From IMG/VR virus record IMGVR_UViG_3300028410_000746: DNA of 64,000 nucleotides. One strand, given 5' to 3'. A program made the translations under genes and the position numbers. This DNA comes from a virus (taxonomy: Duplodnaviria > Caudoviricetes). Within the stretch, counting starts at the first letter, position 1. Every line of letters begins with the position of its first letter. Under the pieces are notes generated by a model. The model was not told the DNA's origin, did no database searches, and saw nothing but the letters and a program-made list of their open reading frames with translations. Positions 14,743 through 23,807 of the stretch are shown one piece after another.

Positions 14743-15039
14743 TCAAAGGTAGAACGCGACTTGACGAAGCCCGGAGATGAGGTCCTTGAACCCCTTGAAG
14801 GTGCGAACCGGGAACTGGATCTCCGAGACGACGCGTGCCCTCTCCAGATCCTGAACCTCGAAGCTGAGGCCGTAGAGGACGTGCACGACGGTCTTCGAGC
14901 CCGACTCGAAGACGTCTTCAGGAGCCGAGAACAACCGTCCGTCCTCGCTCATGTAGTAGTCCGCCTCTCCTGCGTACGCTCCCGTGAGACCGTAAAGAGC
15001 CTCATCACTGTACCTGCTCATGTCAACCTTGGTGAACAT
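14743..15039 (-). CDS. Hypothetical protein
   Basis: ATG with GAGGAG RBS, behind a promoter. Confidence 0.75.
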   Translation of the reverse strand: MFTKVDMSRYSDEALYGLTGAYAGEADYYMSEDGRLFSAPEDVFESGSKTVVHVLYGLSFEVQDLERARVVSEIQFPVRTFKGFKDLISGLRQVAFYL

Positions 15040-15074
15040 CTTGTCCTCTCCTCAGTGGGTTGGTGTATGACTCG

Positions 15075-15103
15075 TTTGTACCACTGCGACACTGCTCCGT
15101 AAA
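15075..15103 (-). promoter_or_regulatory. Sigma70-type promoter
   Basis: TTTACG-N17(AGTGG)-TACAAA. Confidence 0.65.
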
Positions 15104-15163
15104 ACAAAACCTCCCGGAACCTCAAGAAAGGTGCCGGGAGGCGAGTGATCGCGAAAGCGGAGG

Positions 15164-15514
15164 TCAGTCCCCCATCAAGCTCAAGTCAAAGATCTCGTCG
15201 TCCTCCACGGGACCGATTCGGCGCCATCCGAGACCAGGAACCGACGTCTCCGGCAAGCTGGCGTCTCCAGGCCACATGACGACGTGACGGTAGGGAGAAG
15301 CGGCGAATCCGATCTCATCTACCTCCACGTACACACCTGGAAGCTTGGGAACCATCCCAGGCTGGAGGACGAGCCAGTGGTTCTCTTCGGTAAGGACCGA
15401 CTGGTAAGAGGCGTTCCTACGGTAAGACAGCCACGCGCGGATCGCCACGGTTACCAGGAACACGCTCAGGGCAAGGATCGCGAAGAGGTGAAGGGAAGTC
15501 ATGGGAGGGTTCAC
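15164..15514 (-). CDS. Hypothetical membrane-anchored protein
   Basis: N-terminal TM helix. Confidence 0.7.
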   Translation of the reverse strand: MNPPMTSLHLFAILALSVFLVTVAIRAWLSYRRNASYQSVLTEENHWLVLQPGMVPKLPGVYVEVDEIGFAASPYRHVVMWPGDASLPETSVPGLGWRRIGPVEDDEIFDLSLMGD

Positions 15515-15581
15515 AGCAGCACCTCGGGGGTAGCAGGATCACGGACAGTCGCAAGTACCAAGCACCCCTTGAACCTCCAGA

Positions 15582-15923
15582 TCACTCCTGCTCATCCTCG
15601 GAAGCGGCCGGTTGAGGGGCCGCAGAGAGGACACAGCGAAGAACCGCCGCCCAGTCAAACGTGATCTCCAGGCCCTTATCGGTCTCCTCGGCTGCCGTCA
15701 CGATCTCCGGGAAGTAGGGGACCATGCTCATGGCCATCTCCCATTGCCACGACGAGTCAGCACCTCCGCGAAACTCTCCGTCTTTGGTGAGCTGGTAGCG
15801 AGACAAGCGCGTCTGGTCAAAGCCCTCCGTGATCATGCTCAGGAGCCAGTCCGTGCCCGTTCGGCCGCCATCCTCTCGGCATAGCAGCCATCCTTGAACG
15901 TCTCTCTCCGGATCTTGCGACAT
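15582..15923 (-). CDS. Hypothetical protein
   Basis: Start reassigned to ATG 15923, which overlaps the upstream stop. Confidence 0.7.
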   Translation of the reverse strand: MSQDPERDVQGWLLCREDGGRTGTDWLLSMITEGFDQTRLSRYQLTKDGEFRGGADSSWQWEMAMSMVPYFPEIVTAAEETDKGLEITFDWAAVLRCVLSAAPQPAASEDEQE

Positions 15924-16255
15924 CACATACCTCCAGCTCGATTGAGCAGCGCTATGGCCGCAGCAGCGGCCTCTTTCCATCGGACCTTGGGGTCCTGATG
16001 AGTCGCCAGAAGCGTCTCATCCTCGTCCTCGAATCTCCAGGCCCAGACTGACAGGCCCTTGCTGCGGAGCTGGTACCCCTGATTGGACAGGAGCGTGCCC
16101 AGTTCGAGCTGCATGCGCCACACCCAGGTAGAGACCTCAGGCCACGCAAGATCCTTGACTCCAGCTCGCCACGCACGCACACCCAACCAGGAGAGCGGGC
16201 ACGCGAGCACGTAATAAACCAACCGCCACTTCCACACTGCCAGTCGGTACGCCAT
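15923..16255 (-). CDS. Hypothetical protein
   Basis: GGAGG RBS; Trp-rich. Confidence 0.7.
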   Translation of the reverse strand: MAYRLAVWKWRLVYYVLACPLSWLGVRAWRAGVKDLAWPEVSTWVWRMQLELGTLLSNQGYQLRSKGLSVWAWRFEDEDETLLATHQDPKVRWKEAAAAAIALLNRAGGM

Positions 16256-16314
16256 GGCATCCTCCAGGGTGTGTGTAACACTTACCCCGAAGTATCGACA
16301 GAGTATTCACCCCG

Positions 16315-16524
16315 TCAGAGCCCCTTGGTGTCACCGTCTTGCGGCATCTCGGACAAGAGAAGGTACTCCTCGCCCACCCTCATCTCCTCGCCGATCTCGT
16401 AGACCTTGGCAGGCTCTCCGTCCTGCTCGACCCGTCGTGAGTGTGCTCCCAGGAGCGCCTTCGCCATCCGGATCTTGAATCGTCGCAGCGCCTGATCTTC
16501 ATCGTGTGTCATCGTATGCCTCAT
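16315..16524 (-). CDS. Hypothetical protein
   Basis: Short ORF; start uncertain. Confidence 0.5.
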   Translation of the reverse strand: MRHTMTHDEDQALRRFKIRMAKALLGAHSRRVEQDGEPAKVYEIGEEMRVGEEYLLLSEMPQDGDTKGL

Positions 16525-16574
16525 GGTGTTCGTAGGAATCGTAGACCTACGATAGCCGGGCACACGAAAGAGCG

Positions 16575-17147
16575 TCAAGGGTCGGTGATGTGGCTTTCGC
16601 GGTAAAAGGCCAACTCATTGATCGTACTACGAAGGTCTCCCAAAACCCTGTGATCTGCGGAGACCTCGCGGGGCAGCATCTCGTGGCCCCAGACCTCGAA
16701 TGCGCCGCGAAAGCTGGACACGTCAATGTTCCGGTAGTGGAACAGGGCGTTGAAGTCGGGCATCTGCGTCTGGACGAACTCACGGTCGAAGTGCACGGAG
16801 GACCCGCACATGGGCAAGGTGCCGTAGCGACCGTTCTTGCCCTCGCGCGTGATCTCTTCCGGGAGCATGATCGGGCGGTAGTAGGCGAGCATCTCCTGCT
16901 CCACCTCCGCGAGCGTCTTGGTAGCCTCCAGGGACTCCTGAGTCAGACCGCTCTCGCCGTGTACGCGTACGCACCACGGATCCATCGCATCCAGAACCTC
17001 TTGCGAGTGGTGGACCACCCAGGCGTGGGCATCCAGCTCGACGAGGTTCGCATCGGTGATGATCACGCCCACCTCCAGGATGGGGATCTCGGCGCATGGG
17101 CGGTTCGTGGGAAGGTCTCCCGTCTCCAGGTCAAGAAAAACAAACAT
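16575..17147 (-). CDS. orn: Oligoribonuclease
   Basis: FLDLETG, ILEVGVIITD, WCVRVHGESGL, GSSVHFDREF, HYRNIDVSS, HRVLGDL. Confidence 0.92.
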   Translation of the reverse strand: MFVFLDLETGDLPTNRPCAEIPILEVGVIITDANLVELDAHAWVVHHSQEVLDAMDPWCVRVHGESGLTQESLEATKTLAEVEQEMLAYYRPIMLPEEITREGKNGRYGTLPMCGSSVHFDREFVQTQMPDFNALFHYRNIDVSSFRGAFEVWGHEMLPREVSADHRVLGDLRSTINELAFYRESHITDP

Positions 17148-17779
17148 CACTCCTCCTCCATAAGCTGTGAAAACTCCGCCAAAGACTTGAGCGCCTCCCA
17201 ACGCTTCCGCTCTCGCAGGGACCCGTAAAGGCCCTGGAGCTGCATGAAGGTCGGAGTGAGCTGGTCGTTCACCAGGACGGTCTCAAAGTCGCCCCAGTCC
17301 TCGTACATCTCTCCAACAGCAGACCCAAGCCTCTTTCGGGCATCGGCTTCTCCGCGTCCATCCGACTTCAACCGGTGCACCAGAGCGTCCACTGACGGTG
17401 GGAGAAGAAGCACTGCGAAGATCTCGACCTCATCGTCCTCCGCGAAGTGCTCCCGGAGCTGCTCCAGGCCATGCCTCTCGATCACGACGAGGACGTTCTT
17501 GCCGCGCCCAAAGGGATCTCGAAACGCATCCTCACGGTAACCGTAGTAGTGATCATGGTACTTGACGTGCTCGATGTACTCCCCCCGCTCGATCTCCTCC
17601 AGAACCTGCTCCCGGCCCCTGAAGTCGTAGTCGACCCCCTGCACCTCTACAGGACGTGGAGGCCGTGTGGTGACCGATACGGCGACCTGAGCCGTATCCT
17701 CGCACGAGGCCGCCAACAGCCGGCATAGGGTGGTCTTTCCGACCCCTGAGGGGCCTACCAGAGCTAAGATGGTATTCAT
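17147..17779 (-). CDS. gmk: Guanylate kinase
   Basis: GPSGVGKTT, VSVTTRPPRPVEVQGVDYDF, YYGY. Confidence 0.92.
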   Translation of the reverse strand: MNTILALVGPSGVGKTTLCRLLAASCEDTAQVAVSVTTRPPRPVEVQGVDYDFRGREQVLEEIERGEYIEHVKYHDHYYGYREDAFRDPFGRGKNVLVVIERHGLEQLREHFAEDDEVEIFAVLLLPPSVDALVHRLKSDGRGEADARKRLGSAVGEMYEDWGDFETVLVNDQLTPTFMQLQGLYGSLRERKRWEALKSLAEFSQLMEEE

Positions 17780-17817
17780 TTGCGTTCTCACAGGGGGTAA
17801 TCAAGTGCTCGTAGCCC

Positions 17818-17846
17818 AAAGTAAGAGAGGACGTCTGATCTGTCAA
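17818..17846 (-). promoter_or_regulatory. Sigma70-type promoter overlapping a post-tRNA hairpin
   Basis: TTGACA-N17-TACTTT. Confidence 0.6.
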
Positions 17847-17862
17847 GTCAGACGCCCTCAGA

Positions 17863-17944
17863 TGCGCGAGGAGGGGATCGAACCCTCACGGCCATTGCCA
17901 CCGAATTCTTAGCCCGGCCTGTCTACCAGTTCCAGCACCCGCGC
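17863..17944 (-). tRNA. tRNA-Leu(AAG)
   Basis: GCGCGGG/CTCGCGC, Leu-type D-loop TGGAACTGGTAGAC, CCGGG-CTAAGAA-TTCGG, long variable arm, A73. Confidence 0.85.
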
Positions 17945-18004
17945 TCACGAAAGGTACTACCCTGAGAGACCACTCAACATTCCGAGAGGCCCCACTCGCG
18001 ATCA

Positions 18005-18092
18005 CGGAGGGTAGGGGGCTCGAACCCCTGTACCGGAAGACCCGATGTCTCAGATTAGCAATCTGGCCGCTTACCAACTCGCGCAACCCTCC
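18005..18092 (-). tRNA. tRNA-Ser(GCT)
   Basis: GGAGGGT/ACCCTCC, CCAGA-TTGCTAA-TCTGA, long variable arm, G73. Confidence 0.92.
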
Positions 18093-18132
18093 AGCTCTCC
18101 GAACCTCAAACCCAGGCCCTCGTATTTCAAGC

Positions 18133-18492
18133 TCAGAGCACCAGACGGTGCAGGAGGTCATTGAGCACCGTGCTGAAGGCTTGCGAGTTCATGGGGACGT
18201 AGAGAGGCTCCGTACAACGCAGCAGACCTTTGGGCTTGAGGCAGAAGTCCGTCAGATCGTCCAGGCAGTCGAACTGCTCGGCCATCACCCTGTTGTAGAA
18301 CCGCACGTGCGCCGGCACGATGTCCACAACGCTCATCTGTCTGAACAGGCATTGAATGCGGCGGATGGGCCGAGTCAAGATGAAGTTGAACTGACGCGTG
18401 GAGGGCTCCAGCAGCATGACTCCCACGTTCACGCCCTCCTGCCGGTCAGGGTCAGGCACGAACTGGATAATCGAATAGAAGGCGCTGCTCAT
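18133..18492 (-). CDS. DUF3037 domain protein (short, stand-alone)
   Basis: YSIIQFVPDPDRQEGVNVGVML. Confidence 0.8.
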   Translation of the reverse strand: MSSAFYSIIQFVPDPDRQEGVNVGVMLLEPSTRQFNFILTRPIRRIQCLFRQMSVVDIVPAHVRFYNRVMAEQFDCLDDLTDFCLKPKGLLRCTEPLYVPMNSQAFSTVLNDLLHRLVL

Positions 18493-18504
18493 CCTAGCCT
18501 CTCG

Positions 18505-18786
18505 TTAGTGAGGGCTCCAGGAAGCCTCCCCGGAGTCCTTGTCCTGTGACCTCAACCTCCACGCCAGACAAATCATGACCACGACCGCTACCGCGCCGTA
18601 CACCCAGGAGAACTCCAGGATCTGATCCAGGAACGAAACGTCCGGATCAATCGAACCCCACATCACCGCCAGGGTTACTACGAACAGGAGCCCAAACGCA
18701 TCCTTGAACGTCGCCATCACTGCATGCCACATCTCTCCAACCTCTTGCTTCATACCCTGGAACGCAAAAAAACGCCACCCCGACAT
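18505..18786 (-). CDS. Two-TM membrane protein
   Basis: Two hydrophobic helices. Confidence 0.6.
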   Translation of the reverse strand: MSGWRFFAFQGMKQEVGEMWHAVMATFKDAFGLLFVVTLAVMWGSIDPDVSFLDQILEFSWVYGAVAVVVMICLAWRLRSQDKDSGEASWSPH

Positions 18787-18891
18787 GACCCCCTGGAGGG
18801 CGCAAGCCGCTGACGTTACAGGACATAGACGGATTACAGAGAAACCCCCGAGACTGACTCGTGATCACGAGCCCGCCTCGGGGGTCAAGAG

Positions 18892-18975
18892 AAGAGCGGG
18901 GGAGAGTCGAACTCCCAGGCCCCGAAGGACTACACCGGGTTCAAACCGGGCTGGCGTGCCCATGCCTACCACTCC
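18892..18975 (-). tRNA. tRNA-Ser(TGA), atypical
   Basis: GGAGTGG/CCGCTCT, CCGG-TTTGAAC-CCGG, UUCG variable arm; U73 rather than G73. Confidence 0.75.
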
Positions 18976-19020
18976 ATAGCACTTGAAGTACCAACCCTGA
19001 GTGGTCAAACATTCCCGCGC

Positions 19021-19578
19021 TCAGTAGTAACCGCGACGCTGCAACCTATAACGCAGCGCCAACGCGAGCGCATCCGGGCTTGCGTTCATATCAAGGCACC
19101 ACACAGACTCCGCCCACTCCTCGAAACCTGCTCCATCTCCCGGCGCCTCATCAGGGATCAGGTCGGTGACGTCCACCGCGAAGAGATGCGTGCGGCTCTC
19201 CAGCACCTTGGAAAGATGCACAGTACCCAAGGACAGCATATCATCGGAGGTCACGCGATAGCCGGACTCCTCGTACACCTCGCGAACAGCGGTATCAACC
19301 GGGTTCTCACCCTCGTGATCCATCATGCCCGTCAACGACGACAAGATACGCTCCTCCGGGTCTCCCGAGTCGACGAGCCACGGCGGGACAATCTCCCGAC
19401 GCAAGAGCACCTCGATCACAGGATCACGCAGGCTACGCTTCACGTAGCGAAAGGGCATCACGGCGACAGACGCGCCCGTCCCGTCCTTGACCGACGTGTA
19501 CGGGTTGACCGAACCATCAGGCATCACATGCGACAGCTCATGCACCTCAACCCACCGGTTCTTGTACAGCACCTTCAT
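19021..19578 (-). CDS. NUDIX hydrolase (ADP-ribose pyrophosphatase-like)
   Basis: Nudix box GMMDHEGENPVDTAVREVYEESGY. Confidence 0.9.
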   Translation of the reverse strand: MKVLYKNRWVEVHELSHVMPDGSVNPYTSVKDGTGASVAVMPFRYVKRSLRDPVIEVLLRREIVPPWLVDSGDPEERILSSLTGMMDHEGENPVDTAVREVYEESGYRVTSDDMLSLGTVHLSKVLESRTHLFAVDVTDLIPDEAPGDGAGFEEWAESVWCLDMNASPDALALALRYRLQRRGYY

Positions 19579-19579
19579 C

Positions 19580-19813
19580 TCAAACCTCCGTTCTCATCCA
19601 AGCAAAAGGAACATGCAACACATAGCGATCACAGTAGACTCGATGCAAGCGACGGTCAAGGAGGCCACAGCGACGCCTTCGACGCTCCACAAACAAAAAC
19701 CCCGGCTGATTGAGCCGGGGGGCGTGGTGCGTAATGTGCCACAGGTGCCAAGCTCCCCACAGGAAGATCACGGAGCACAGGAACGCGAGCAGGCCGTGCA
19801 GGAAACGGGTCAT
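19580..19813 (-). CDS. Small membrane protein
   Basis: Hydrophobic N-terminus; low support. Confidence 0.4.
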   Translation of the reverse strand: MTRFLHGLLAFLCSVIFLWGAWHLWHITHHAPRLNQPGFLFVERRRRRCGLLDRRLHRVYCDRYVLHVPFAWMRTEV

Positions 19814-19869
19814 GTGTCGAGGGGGGCAAGGGGGTTAGCCGACGCCCACCTCCTCCATAAGCGAATCAC

Positions 19870-21060
19870 TCAAAAGAGCAGGGACTCGCCCTTGGAGCCG
19901 GTGAGACGGAGGGTGTACCACGTGTAGCCCTCGAACGACTCTTGCGCCTCCCACAGCTCGCGGATCTTGGGCCTGAGATAAGGCACACTCGATTGGTAGC
20001 CACTATAGTAACTGTGGTAGTGGGACCTCGGACGTGGATTGGCGACATGCTTGAAGGGCAGCTCACTGTAGGTGGCTTCAGGGTCTATGGTCATGTCCAG
20101 TGTGTAGAGTTCCGGATCGTGCCCGTGGTACGAAACCAGAAGCCACTCTCCCTTGGGAGTCTTGACCACAAAAAAACGACCCCCCTCCATCCACCCACGC
20201 CACCGGCCATACGACTCAACGTCTTCCGGGAACGGCACCGTGGTTGGCTCCAGCGTGAGCTGGGCATCTTCCGGCGCCATCTTGGCCTTCAAGAACATGT
20301 TCGGCTTGTAGTACAACCTCAGCCCCCCGTCGTCGTCGATCAACGTACGAACGTCCTCCCACGTCAAGGCTTCATCCGACTCCTCGATAAGGCTGCTCAC
20401 CTTCAAGGACGCGCGCGAGTCCAGATCAAAGCTCGTGTTATCCGACTTCTTGGGGTCCGAGAGGACCTGCACGTAATGGCGACGCTTGAGCGCAGACAGG
20501 ATCAGGGAGTGCCTCGCCTCCAGCTCCAACTCGTAATGCCCCCCCAGGTAGATCACCTCACGGTTGTCCTTGAGACGCACCCGGTCTCCCGGTTTGATGT
20601 CGCGCAGGCTCACCTTGGAGAGACGGGTCTGCGTGTACAGCTCCGCCGCCGCATAGGCCTCAGTACCCTCAACCAGGAGCCAGTTCTGACCGTCCGAACC
20701 TCGCGCCCACCGACACGCAGCTTGTATGACGCCACAGTCAATGAGGCTGTGGCGTAGGATAAGCTCCAGGTTGGCGCTGGGGACTTCGAGATCGAACCCT
20801 CTTGGGTCGGAGATTCGCCACACCTTGTTCGACGTGCGATAGCGCGAAATCACGTCCCCGATCTCAAAGCCCGTCACCCCCGTGTTCTCAAGGACGAACC
20901 CGGTTCCCGACCCCCAGGACTCCACAGACGCCTGCGACTGCGCGAAGGACGTAGCCTCCTTGTGCTCGCTCTCCTGGTAGGGAGTCGCGTACCCAAGAAG
21001 CGTATCTCCACGCTCCTGGAACTGGAGGTAGTAGGAGAGCGGGAAGTAGTGCTGTGTCAT
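19870..21060 (-). CDS. Conserved-type large-phage hypothetical protein
   Basis: TGFEIG...VWRISDPRGFDLEVPSANLELIL; 396 aa. Confidence 0.85.
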   Translation of the reverse strand: MTQHYFPLSYYLQFQERGDTLLGYATPYQESEHKEATSFAQSQASVESWGSGTGFVLENTGVTGFEIGDVISRYRTSNKVWRISDPRGFDLEVPSANLELILRHSLIDCGVIQAACRWARGSDGQNWLLVEGTEAYAAAELYTQTRLSKVSLRDIKPGDRVRLKDNREVIYLGGHYELELEARHSLILSALKRRHYVQVLSDPKKSDNTSFDLDSRASLKVSSLIEESDEALTWEDVRTLIDDDGGLRLYYKPNMFLKAKMAPEDAQLTLEPTTVPFPEDVESYGRWRGWMEGGRFFVVKTPKGEWLLVSYHGHDPELYTLDMTIDPEATYSELPFKHVANPRPRSHYHSYYSGYQSSVPYLRPKIRELWEAQESFEGYTWYTLRLTGSKGESLLF

Positions 21061-21069
21061 GACGAACCC

Positions 21070-21291
21070 TTAGAGGTAACGAAGGCCTTGCCACTGCCGT
21101 GACGCATCCTTTTCGACGTAGAGAATCAAGGCGTTTAGAGACGACCCATGAACCTTTTCATAGGCCCTCAAGCTCGGATACACCTCGGCCAACTGGAGCC
21201 CGGCTGTCCAGCCAGAACCATCCCAGTACCGAGGACCCTCCGCGCCTTGAGACACCCGCACGAAGCCGTGGTCAAGCATCGAATCGCTCAT
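21070..21291 (-). CDS. Hypothetical protein
   Basis: ATGA-coupled ORF. Confidence 0.65.
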   Translation of the reverse strand: MSDSMLDHGFVRVSQGAEGPRYWDGSGWTAGLQLAEVYPSLRAYEKVHGSSLNALILYVEKDASRQWQGLRYL

Positions 21292-22247
21292 GACGTGAAG
21301 AGCTGGTTGCCCTGGCGTACCTTGTTCGCTTCCACAATCGTAGCGAAGGCCTCCGCCTCTTCCTCGTAGGGAATGAACGCCTCATGCCGACGAGTCGGTC
21401 GAGATTGCGTCGAGAGCAGGAACGACAGCTTTGCATCCTCGAACTTCTTCCGGTCGTAGCTCCGGTTAGTCGCCAGAAGGTCCATCTCCTCCATATGCTT
21501 CTCGACCTCACGCCAGCGCCTGGACCACACGTTCGCCCACTGAACGTTCTGCTGGGCGTAGTAGTGGATCTGGAGCGCGCAGAGGTCGAAGGGAGACGGG
21601 TTACGCATCGTCTGCACACGCTCGTGCATGAGACGATGCAGGAGGTTACTAAGATCCGTCTCAACCGCGAACGTTCCAAGCGCCTCGGGACACATGGGAG
21701 GCTGATTGTCGTCGTACAACCCCGAAGCGCGAGCCGTCACCGTCGCCTCCGTGACCGAATCCATCATTTCCAGGGTGGGCATGTATTTGAACTCGCGCTG
21801 CTTCTCCTGGAAACGATCCACCCACAGCTCGAACTCAAACGACTGCTCTCGCAAGCCGTCAAGCATGAAGTACACGAACGCTTCCGAGTGAAGGCTCGCA
21901 TACATCTCGTTCTCGGTCATCTTGCGAAACCACTTCGCGAAGCTCAAGGTCGAGTCGTACGTCATGGTCCCCATGTGTACGAACTCGTGGAGGTAGTAGA
22001 GGTCGTGGACCACATCCGACTCGTACTCACGAAGCGCGATGCACCCCATCCAGGTCGTGAAGTGGGACCACTCCAGCTTCGAGTCCGTCATCTCAAACGC
22101 CACCAGGGGCTTCTTGGCGGGCGCATCCACCACCCCCGCGATGTAGCCGCCCTCTTGCTCATGCGAGGCTTTGAACAGCTCGAAGCGCCACAGGCTCCCC
22201 ACCCACTCTCGAACATCTTCCGAATGTACAAACTTCAACTTCTTCAT
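21288..22247 (-). CDS. HExxH (gluzincin-like) hypothetical protein
   Basis: YYLHEFVHM followed by ENE about 20 aa later. Confidence 0.65.
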   Translation of the reverse strand: MKKLKFVHSEDVREWVGSLWRFELFKASHEQEGGYIAGVVDAPAKKPLVAFEMTDSKLEWSHFTTWMGCIALREYESDVVHDLYYLHEFVHMGTMTYDSTLSFAKWFRKMTENEMYASLHSEAFVYFMLDGLREQSFEFELWVDRFQEKQREFKYMPTLEMMDSVTEATVTARASGLYDDNQPPMCPEALGTFAVETDLSNLLHRLMHERVQTMRNPSPFDLCALQIHYYAQQNVQWANVWSRRWREVEKHMEEMDLLATNRSYDRKKFEDAKLSFLLSTQSRPTRRHEAFIPYEEEAEAFATIVEANKVRQGNQLFTS

Positions 22248-22278
22248 GCACTACCTCTCTGTGTCGATGTACGGACCG

Positions 22279-22307
22279 TGTATACCACACAGAATCGTAA
22301 GCGTAAA
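22279..22307 (-). promoter_or_regulatory. Sigma70-type promoter
   Basis: TTTACG-N17(TGTGG)-TATACA. Confidence 0.7.
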
Positions 22308-22309
22308 GC

Positions 22310-22549
22310 TCAATCAGCACCGAACGGCCAAGGGGGCCACGACGAGTTTACCCAGGAGTCGTAGTCGCTGGCCACATCATCGCAAGCCTGCTGCTGGGCC
22401 TGGACGCACTTGGCCTCCAGGTCCACCTCGGAATCCGACACGTCGGGAACCTCTCCAGACCCTCCACAGGTACAGCAAGGGTCCTCGTAGCTCACGAAGA
22501 GGGGGATACGTCCTTTGCCTTTGCAGTCAGGGCACCTCATAGAGCCCAC
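22310..22549 (-). CDS. Small DnaJ-type zinc-finger protein
   Basis: CPDCKGKG...CCTCGGSG; no J-domain. Confidence 0.7.
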   Translation of the reverse strand: MGSMRCPDCKGKGRIPLFVSYEDPCCTCGGSGEVPDVSDSEVDLEAKCVQAQQQACDDVASDYDSWVNSSWPPWPFGAD

Positions 22550-22904
22550 GCGCCTGAGCCTCTTCGTAGAGAAGCTGAGTCAGGCAGTAGCGGTAACGAC
22601 CCGCACGATTGTAGGCAGGGAGGCCCCCTAGTGACGACGTTGCCAGAAGTGTCACATGCGACGTTTGACATGCCACATACGAGTCAGAGAGATCCAGTGA
22701 TAAGGCCTTCACCACATCGCGCTGAAGCTCCCGGTAACGCAACGGCAGCTCGGCCATCTCCGCCAGCATGGCCTCCGTCTCAGGCATCACCCACGAGTAG
22801 ACGGTCGTGCTCAGTTTGGTATCCAACGTATCCTCCATACAAGCCTCACCGAGAGGCGGGGTCTTTTCCCCGAGAAGGTACCTTGACATACCATGAATCG
22901 TCAA
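22527..22904 (-). CDS. Hypothetical protein
   Basis: ATG ORF. Confidence 0.6.
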   Translation of the reverse strand: MTIHGMSRYLLGEKTPPLGEACMEDTLDTKLSTTVYSWVMPETEAMLAEMAELPLRYRELQRDVVKALSLDLSDSYVACQTSHVTLLATSSLGGLPAYNRAGRYRYCLTQLLYEEAQARGLYEVP

Positions 22905-22969
22905 CCCCCAAGGTCAATACTTCTTTTGTGCTCCGAGTAGTCGTATGCTTTCGCCCCCTCGGAGACTCG

Positions 22970-23584
22970 ATGAACCTGGACAGCTTGAAATACGGCGCGT
23001 TGAACCGTCAACAGGTCCTCTCCCTGTCCAGGCCGACCCCATTCTTCGCGTGCGACGTCGGTGATCTGCCTCTGGTCGCCCCCATGAAGAACAGCGACCC
23101 TCGCGTACGGCGAGAGATCGAGTTCGTGAACCACGTCATGAAGCGTAAGCCCCTCCCAGACGACTTCATGAAGCTGTGTGATCGGGACCTCCTCGCACCC
23201 TTCCACATGAGGCTTGCCAAGATCGGCGCGCCTCCGCCCCTCTGGTTGGAGCCTCTTGCCGGCCAAGTCGAGAGCTTCGTCGTCTACCTCAAGGAGCACT
23301 ACCAACGGGCCCGACCCTCACAGCTTGCCCCCTACATTGAGATGAACTTCATGCCTGAGGCGACCCTGAGCGGACACTCGCCAGCCTACCCCTCCGGCCA
23401 CTCCGCGCAAGCCATCGTGGTCGCGCTCGCGCTGCAAAAGGCCTACGGCAAGCACGGCTTCCTGGAGCTGGCCAAGGCGATCTCGCTTTCCCGGCTCCAG
23501 CTAGGCGTACACTACCCATCCGACAAGAAGTACGGGGAGTACCTCGGGTACTGGCTCTTCAAGCGCTGCACCTTTCGGCTCTAA
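22970..23584 (+). CDS. PAP2/vanadium-haloperoxidase-superfamily phosphatase
   Basis: KEHYQRARP, YPSGHS, SRLQLGVHYPSD; start reassigned to ATG 22970. Confidence 0.88.
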   Translation: MNLDSLKYGALNRQQVLSLSRPTPFFACDVGDLPLVAPMKNSDPRVRREIEFVNHVMKRKPLPDDFMKLCDRDLLAPFHMRLAKIGAPPPLWLEPLAGQVESFVVYLKEHYQRARPSQLAPYIEMNFMPEATLSGHSPAYPSGHSAQAIVVALALQKAYGKHGFLELAKAISLSRLQLGVHYPSDKKYGEYLGYWLFKRCTFRL

Positions 23585-23787
23585 GGCCGACAGCCTCCCA
23601 CCTCGGATACCGAACCATCACAGCCTGAAACAAGACGACCCCGGCGAGGAGGAAGCGGCGCGTTCATCGCGCGCTGCAACCGACCCATGCCGGGGCGTCC
23701 GTGTACCCAGGACCATCCCACTGCCGCAAGGCTGAGGCCTCCGTAGAAACAGGCGCTCATCCAAATCAGGGCAACCAGGGCAGTCAT
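23581..23787 (-). CDS. Small membrane protein
   Basis: N-terminal hydrophobic helix. Confidence 0.5.
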   Translation of the reverse strand: MTALVALIWMSACFYGGLSLAAVGWSWVHGRPGMGRLQRAMNAPLPPRRGRLVSGCDGSVSEVGGCRP

Positions 23788-23807
23788 GGGAAGCTCTCAG
23801 GTGCGGT

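Noticed and set aside
18892-18975. Possible selenocysteine or opal-suppressor tRNA
   Set aside because: The anticodon reads TGA (Ser), not TCA, and the acceptor and T-stems are the standard 7 and 5 bp
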